A stretch of DNA of 32,200 nt, taken from sequence record SRR9188677_212; one strand, 5' to 3'. Under the pieces are notes generated by a model, which was not told the DNA's origin, did not search any database, and was given only the letters and a program-made list of their open reading frames with translations. Below, in pieces: positions 28,387-32,200 of this stretch. The translations under genes and the position numbers were made by a program. The first letter of the stretch is position 1. Every line of letters begins with the position of its first letter.

Positions 28387-29628
28387 ATGAAAAATAACAT
28401 GTCCAGCATCAAAAGAAGAACGCTTATTAAAACAGCCCTTACTTTAGGACTGACTTCATTTTTTCGTCAGCATACTTTTGCGCAAGGAACATTATTCACC
28501 AAAAAAATTGAACCTTGGTCGGTTCGTATGGCGAATGCTGATATACTCCGAAATCCAGAAGGCTGGATGTTAGATTTTTCCAAAGAACCTCGTTGGGGAT
28601 ATTGCAACGGCTTGGTTTGTAGCGCACTTGAACAATTATGGAAACAAAACGGCGATGAAAAGTACTTTCTTTATATAAAAAAGTACGCTGATGATTTGAT
28701 TAATTCAGATGGGAGCATCAAAAGCTATAAATTAGATGCCTATAATATTGATGCGCTGAATGCAGGAAAATTCCTATTCGCTTTGTATGCAAAAACGCAT
28801 GATGAAAAATACAAAAAAGCTATTCAACTTTTACGTAGCCAAATGAATACGCATCCACGTACTTCTGAAGGCGGTTTCTGGCATAAAAAACATTATCCAC
28901 ACCAAATGTGGCTTGATGGTTTGTATATGGCTTCGCCATTTTTGGCGCAATATGCAAAGACATTTAATGAAACAGTACTTTTTTCGGATGTCGCCAATCA
29001 AATTCTCTTGATAGACAAACACAATAAAAATTCCCAAACAGGTCTATATCATCATGGTTGGGATGAAAGTAAAGAACAACGTTGGGCGGATAAAGAAACA
29101 GGGAAATCGCCACACGTTTGGGGACGTGGCATGGGTTGGTACGCCATGACATTGGTTGATGTCCTTGATTATTTTCCGAAAGAACATCCTCAATATCAAG
29201 CCATTTTAAAGATTACTCAAGCAATGGCAGAAACCTTGCAAAAGTACCAAGACGAACCAACTGGACTGTGGTATCAAGTAATGGATGTGGGCAAAAAAGA
29301 AGGTAATTATTTAGAATCTTCGGGTTCAACAATGTTTGTGTACTTTCTGATTAAAGCTGCCAAACGAGGTTTAATTGATAAAAAATATATTCAGGTTGCT
29401 CAAAAAGGATACAATGGTATTTTAAAACATTTTATCCGTTTAGAAACTGACAATATTATTTCTATCACAGATGCTTGTGCTGGCGCAGGATTAGGCGGAA
29501 ATCCTTATCGGGATGGCACTTTTGAGTATTATTGTAAAGAAGTAAAACGTGATAATGACCCAAAATCTGTTGGTCCTTTTATCATGCTGGCATTAGAATT
29601 TGAAGCTATTCAGCAGAAAAAACGTTAA
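28387..29628 (+). CDS. GH105 unsaturated rhamnogalacturonyl/galacturonyl hydrolase with Tat-like signal
   Basis: YNIDALNAGK, HPRTSEGGFWHKKHYPHQMWLDGLYM..PF, TGLYHHGWDE, WGRGMGW, GLWYQV, NYLESSGS.MF, NDPKSVGPFI. Start is ATG 28387 or 28399. Confidence 0.94.
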   Translation: MKNNMSSIKRRTLIKTALTLGLTSFFRQHTFAQGTLFTKKIEPWSVRMANADILRNPEGWMLDFSKEPRWGYCNGLVCSALEQLWKQNGDEKYFLYIKKYADDLINSDGSIKSYKLDAYNIDALNAGKFLFALYAKTHDEKYKKAIQLLRSQMNTHPRTSEGGFWHKKHYPHQMWLDGLYMASPFLAQYAKTFNETVLFSDVANQILLIDKHNKNSQTGLYHHGWDESKEQRWADKETGKSPHVWGRGMGWYAMTLVDVLDYFPKEHPQYQAILKITQAMAETLQKYQDEPTGLWYQVMDVGKKEGNYLESSGSTMFVYFLIKAAKRGLIDKKYIQVAQKGYNGILKHFIRLETDNIISITDACAGAGLGGNPYRDGTFEYYCKEVKRDNDPKSVGPFIMLALEFEAIQQKKR

Positions 29629-29689
29629 TACTCAAAACGTAGCAAAACAAAGATTCTATTTCAAATAATGTGTTGCATGTTTGTTTATC

Positions 29690-29735
29690 AATTAGCAATC
29701 AGTACTTTTATGGGTATTGGTTGCTAATTTTATTT
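29690..29735 (+). terminator. Intrinsic terminator of the pectin operon
   Basis: 18-bp stem AATTAGCAATCAGTACTT-TTAT-GGGTATTGGTTGCTAATT pairs fully only on the + strand (four G-U pairs) and is followed by TTATTT. Confidence 0.7.
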
Positions 29736-29761
29736 AAGCACTTCCTTTTTGCTAAAAGTAA

Positions 29762-29769
29762 TACATTTG
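29762..29769 (+). promoter_or_regulatory. Candidate -7 element (TACATTTG) for the PAS gene
   Basis: Exact TAnnTTTG just downstream of the terminator and about 160 nt upstream of ATG 29931. Confidence 0.4.
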
Positions 29770-29930
29770 TAACTTTAGTATAGTGTTCAACGTTTGAAGA
29801 TTTTTAACTGTCACAGTAAAAAGTATATTATCTAAGTAGTATTTACCACTATTTTAAAAACAAACATTGTCTCTTGTAGGTTATTAATCGTCTAGGGATT
29901 CTCTAACATTCATCGTAAACTTATTAACAC

Positions 29931-30623
29931 ATGGAACGCACACCCTTTCTCAATTTAGAAACTGACATTCGTAGTAAAATTACCAGACATTTGCTCTATA
30001 ATACACCTTTATCTATTTACTTATTTGACATAGAACAAAGACGCAATGTCTTTATGAATGAACAATATTACAAAGCGATTGGATATAGTGCTACGGAATT
30101 TGAATCCTTTGGAAATGATTTTTTAGAAGTGATGATTCCCCCAGAAGATTTTGAAAATCTCTATAAATTCTTAGACGAACTAACCAACTCTCTAAACGAC
30201 CATTCTCATGTTCTAACACACAGGTGTATATGCAAAGATGGAACTTACAAATGGTTTAAAAATGATGTCACTATTTTTGAAAGAGATGAATCTGGTGTTC
30301 CAAAACTTGTTTTGGGCATTGCAGTTGAAATTACTTTTCAGGTAGAAGCAAGACAAAAACTTTTTGAACAAATCAAAAATATTGAAAAAGTATCCTTTAC
30401 ACTATCACATGAACTTCGCCATGAGCATAGTAAAATATTAAGTATTCTTCAGTTTTCGAAAGATAATAAAGATATGATTGAGGTAGATGACCTACAATGG
30501 CTTGCTAATTCGCTTTACGAAAGTGCGGAAAGTATTGATAAATCTATCTATAGCATTTCACAACAATTGAACTCTATAAAATCAGAATTCATAACCCTAA
30601 ATTCTAATTCTATTGAAGTATAA
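29931..30623 (+). CDS. Cytoplasmic PAS-domain protein with C-terminal HisKA-like helix pair and no HATPase domain
   Basis: PAS/PAC: FMNEQYYKAIGYS..EF...IPPEDF...HRCICKDGTYKWF...ERDESG.PKLVLGIAVEIT. H-box-like SHELRH. The ORF ends without N/G1/F/G2 boxes. Confidence 0.85.
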   Translation: MERTPFLNLETDIRSKITRHLLYNTPLSIYLFDIEQRRNVFMNEQYYKAIGYSATEFESFGNDFLEVMIPPEDFENLYKFLDELTNSLNDHSHVLTHRCICKDGTYKWFKNDVTIFERDESGVPKLVLGIAVEITFQVEARQKLFEQIKNIEKVSFTLSHELRHEHSKILSILQFSKDNKDMIEVDDLQWLANSLYESAESIDKSIYSISQQLNSIKSEFITLNSNSIEV

Positions 30624-30645
30624 TTTCTTGATTGGTACATTATTT

Positions 30646-30689
30646 TGAAATCCTTTGAAAACACATCGTTGAGCTTTCAAAGGATTTCA
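30646..30689. terminator. Bidirectional terminator-like inverted repeat
   Basis: TGAAATCCTTTGAAA-N14-TTTCAAAGGATTTCA perfect 15-bp stem between convergent genes, 3 nt from the ATPase stop codon. Confidence 0.75.
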
Positions 30690-30692
30690 TTT

Positions 30693-31991
30693 TTAAGCTA
30701 ATGGAAATTCTAATCTTCCTGCCCAATAAATTGGTATGAAGTTTAATTTCCCTTGAACGCCAAATGGTGCATTTGAAAAAATAATCGCTTGAGCAATATG
30801 AGGATAATGCTCTAACAAATAATGTAAACTTTTTAATGACCCACTTTTTCCAGATTTCACTTCTATTGGTATAATTTGTCCTTCTCTTACCACAACAAAA
30901 TCAACCTCTGCACTACTTCCTGGGCTGGTTCTTGCCCAATAAGTTAATTCTTCTTTTTGCGAAGCAATAAGTTGTTGTGCTACAAATTGTTCCGCCAACA
31001 TTCCATTGAAAGCGGCGGTAAGACTCTTTTTTAAGTAAATGTCCAGAAAAGACAGTTTACTTTTTCTTAACAGCAAACCAATATCAAGATGAAATAATTT
31101 GAATTGTTTTCCTGAAGGAGAAAGTGGTAAGCCCGAAATCGATACATTCTGAACTGCATTCAACAATCTGGCTGTTCTTAATACTTCCACACCTTTTTTA
31201 ACAGTGGGACTTGAAAAACGTTCTGATAAATGGGTATAAATAATTTGATTGCTAATCAATAAGGCACTTTTTTCTAAAATATCGTTTAGTGCATCTCCAT
31301 CAACTGTGGGTTTATACTTTTTAAAATCTTGTTCATAGGAATACAACAAATTATCTTGAATTTCCTGTACTTCTTTAAAGTTTTGATTGCTGACAAAACT
31401 TTGTACACACTCAGGCATTCCACCTACGATAAAGTAATTGTTGACTTCTTCATTCAGTATCGTTGTTACAACTTCTGGTAAAACTGTAGGCTTTTCATTT
31501 AAAATATTGGCAACTGCATCCTTTTTTCTAGCCAATAAAAACTCATAAAATGTCATAGGATGAAGATTCATAATATCTACTCGACCAACAGGAAAAGGTT
31601 GGTTTCTAAACTCAAAGTCTAATAATGACCCTGCGGCAATAAGATGTAACTCTTTTTTATCTTCAAAAAAATATCTCAAACTGCCCAAAGCATCGGCACA
31701 GGCTTGAATTTCATCAAAGAAAAGTAAATCATTGGCTACATCAATCTTGATATTTAAAGCAAATTCAAGTTCTAGGAGAATCCTGTTTACATCAAAATTG
31801 GTTTTAAAGATGATATGTAAGTCTTTTCTTTTCTCAAAATTGATAGTGATTACTTTCTTGTCAAAATATTCTTCCCCGAATTTTTGAACTAGCCAAGATT
31901 TACCCACTTGTCTCGCTCCGTTTAGCACAAGTGGTTTTCTTGTTGGCTTTATTTTCCAAGCCGCTAACTCATTTATTTTTTCTCTGAACAT
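30693..31991 (-). CDS. AAA_14 ATPase with C-terminal DUF4143 (PD-(D/E)XK nuclease-like) domain
   Basis: Start moved to ATG 31991. RKPLVLNGARQVGKS (Walker A), LLFFDEIQ (Walker B), IAAGSLL, FPVGRV, HPMTFYEFL, YFIVGGMPE, KLFHLDIGLL, LAEQFVAQQL, YW...AEVDFVV....IPIEVKSG. Confidence 0.94.
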   Translation of the reverse strand: MFREKINELAAWKIKPTRKPLVLNGARQVGKSWLVQKFGEEYFDKKVITINFEKRKDLHIIFKTNFDVNRILLELEFALNIKIDVANDLLFFDEIQACADALGSLRYFFEDKKELHLIAAGSLLDFEFRNQPFPVGRVDIMNLHPMTFYEFLLARKKDAVANILNEKPTVLPEVVTTILNEEVNNYFIVGGMPECVQSFVSNQNFKEVQEIQDNLLYSYEQDFKKYKPTVDGDALNDILEKSALLISNQIIYTHLSERFSSPTVKKGVEVLRTARLLNAVQNVSISGLPLSPSGKQFKLFHLDIGLLLRKSKLSFLDIYLKKSLTAAFNGMLAEQFVAQQLIASQKEELTYWARTSPGSSAEVDFVVVREGQIIPIEVKSGKSGSLKSLHYLLEHYPHIAQAIIFSNAPFGVQGKLNFIPIYWAGRLEFPLA

Positions 31992-32027
31992 AAAATATAC
32001 TATTTTGTCAATGCTAAATAATAGGAA

Positions 32028-32035
32028 CAAATATA
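32028..32035 (-). promoter_or_regulatory. Bacteroidota -7 element (TATATTTG) for the AAA_14/DUF4143 gene
   Basis: Exact TAnnTTTG on the minus strand, 36 nt upstream of ATG 31991. Its -33 region falls inside the inverted repeat. Confidence 0.55.
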
Positions 32036-32051
32036 AAGACAAAACAGTTAA

Positions 32052-32112
32052 ATTTAATATTATGGTTATTATTTTAAATAATTAATTTAAAATAATAACC
32101 ATAATATTAAAT
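32052..32112. repeat. Perfect 28-bp inverted repeat with 5-nt spacer; each arm resembles a dif/Xer site
   Basis: ATTTAATATTATGGTTATTATTTTAAAT-AATTA-ATTTAAAATAATAACCATAATATTAAAT. Checked base by base; pairing stops exactly at 28 bp on both sides. Confidence 0.92.
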
Positions 32113-32200
32113 GCCTTTGTAAATATCATCATTCGAATGAAGTTCTTTCATTCTTGTCTTAGTTCAATGAAAAGTAAAAATTGAAGTACTAATTTTGAAG

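Noticed and set aside
2367-29152. The many 60-110 aa ORFs nested in or antisense to long genes (e.g. 8389-8664, 14665-14994, 17461-17775, 24564-24890, 28077-28412)
   Set aside because: They overlap well-supported CDSs and lack motifs; expected by chance
31992-32042. Upstream extension of the AAA_14 ORF
   Set aside because: It overlaps the TAnnTTTG promoter element; the family N-terminus fits the start MFREKINELAAWK
32052-32112. Inverted repeat as an intrinsic terminator, IS end or protelomerase site
   Set aside because: It is almost all A/T and lies upstream of a gene start; no transposase or target duplication is visible; the centre is not a perfect palindrome and no protelomerase gene is in the window
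1-32200. CRISPR array, tRNA/rRNA, integrase, transposase or prophage genes
   Set aside because: No regularly spaced repeats, cloverleaf or rRNA-like segments, or recombinase/phage motifs were seen; intergenic gaps are short

Overview
AT-rich Bacteroidota chromosomal window, probably Cytophagales-like (inferred from SusC/SusD pairs, TAnnTTTG promoter elements and Gln at +1 of nearly every signal peptide). Left to right: (1) a secreted ThuA-domain protein running off the left edge and missing from the ORF track, divergent from an NrtR-family Nudix-wHTH regulator, with two matching 24-bp palindromes between them; (2) an all-secreted minus-strand cluster (DinB gene broken by one in-frame TAA, two paralogous beta-sandwich proteins of unknown function, an alpha/beta hydrolase) divergent from a Crp/Fnr regulator; (3) a compact beta-glucan-type PUL (propeller/Y_Y_Y/LuxR regulator, SusC, SusD, GH30, SGNH esterase); (4) an ECF sigma/FecR/STN-SusC/SusD unit divergent from a pectin operon (GH28, CE8, GH43, Tat-signal GH105) with a LacI-type operator between them; (5) a PAS plus HisKA-like protein with no ATPase domain; (6) an AAA_14/DUF4143 ATPase-nuclease-fold gene. 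Upstream of this last gene is a perfect 28-bp inverted repeat whose arms each have the 11-6-11 layout of a dif/Xer site, which is the most unusual signal in the window. No tRNA, rRNA, CRISPR array, transposase or integrase was seen. All family calls are by motif recognition; no searches were run.
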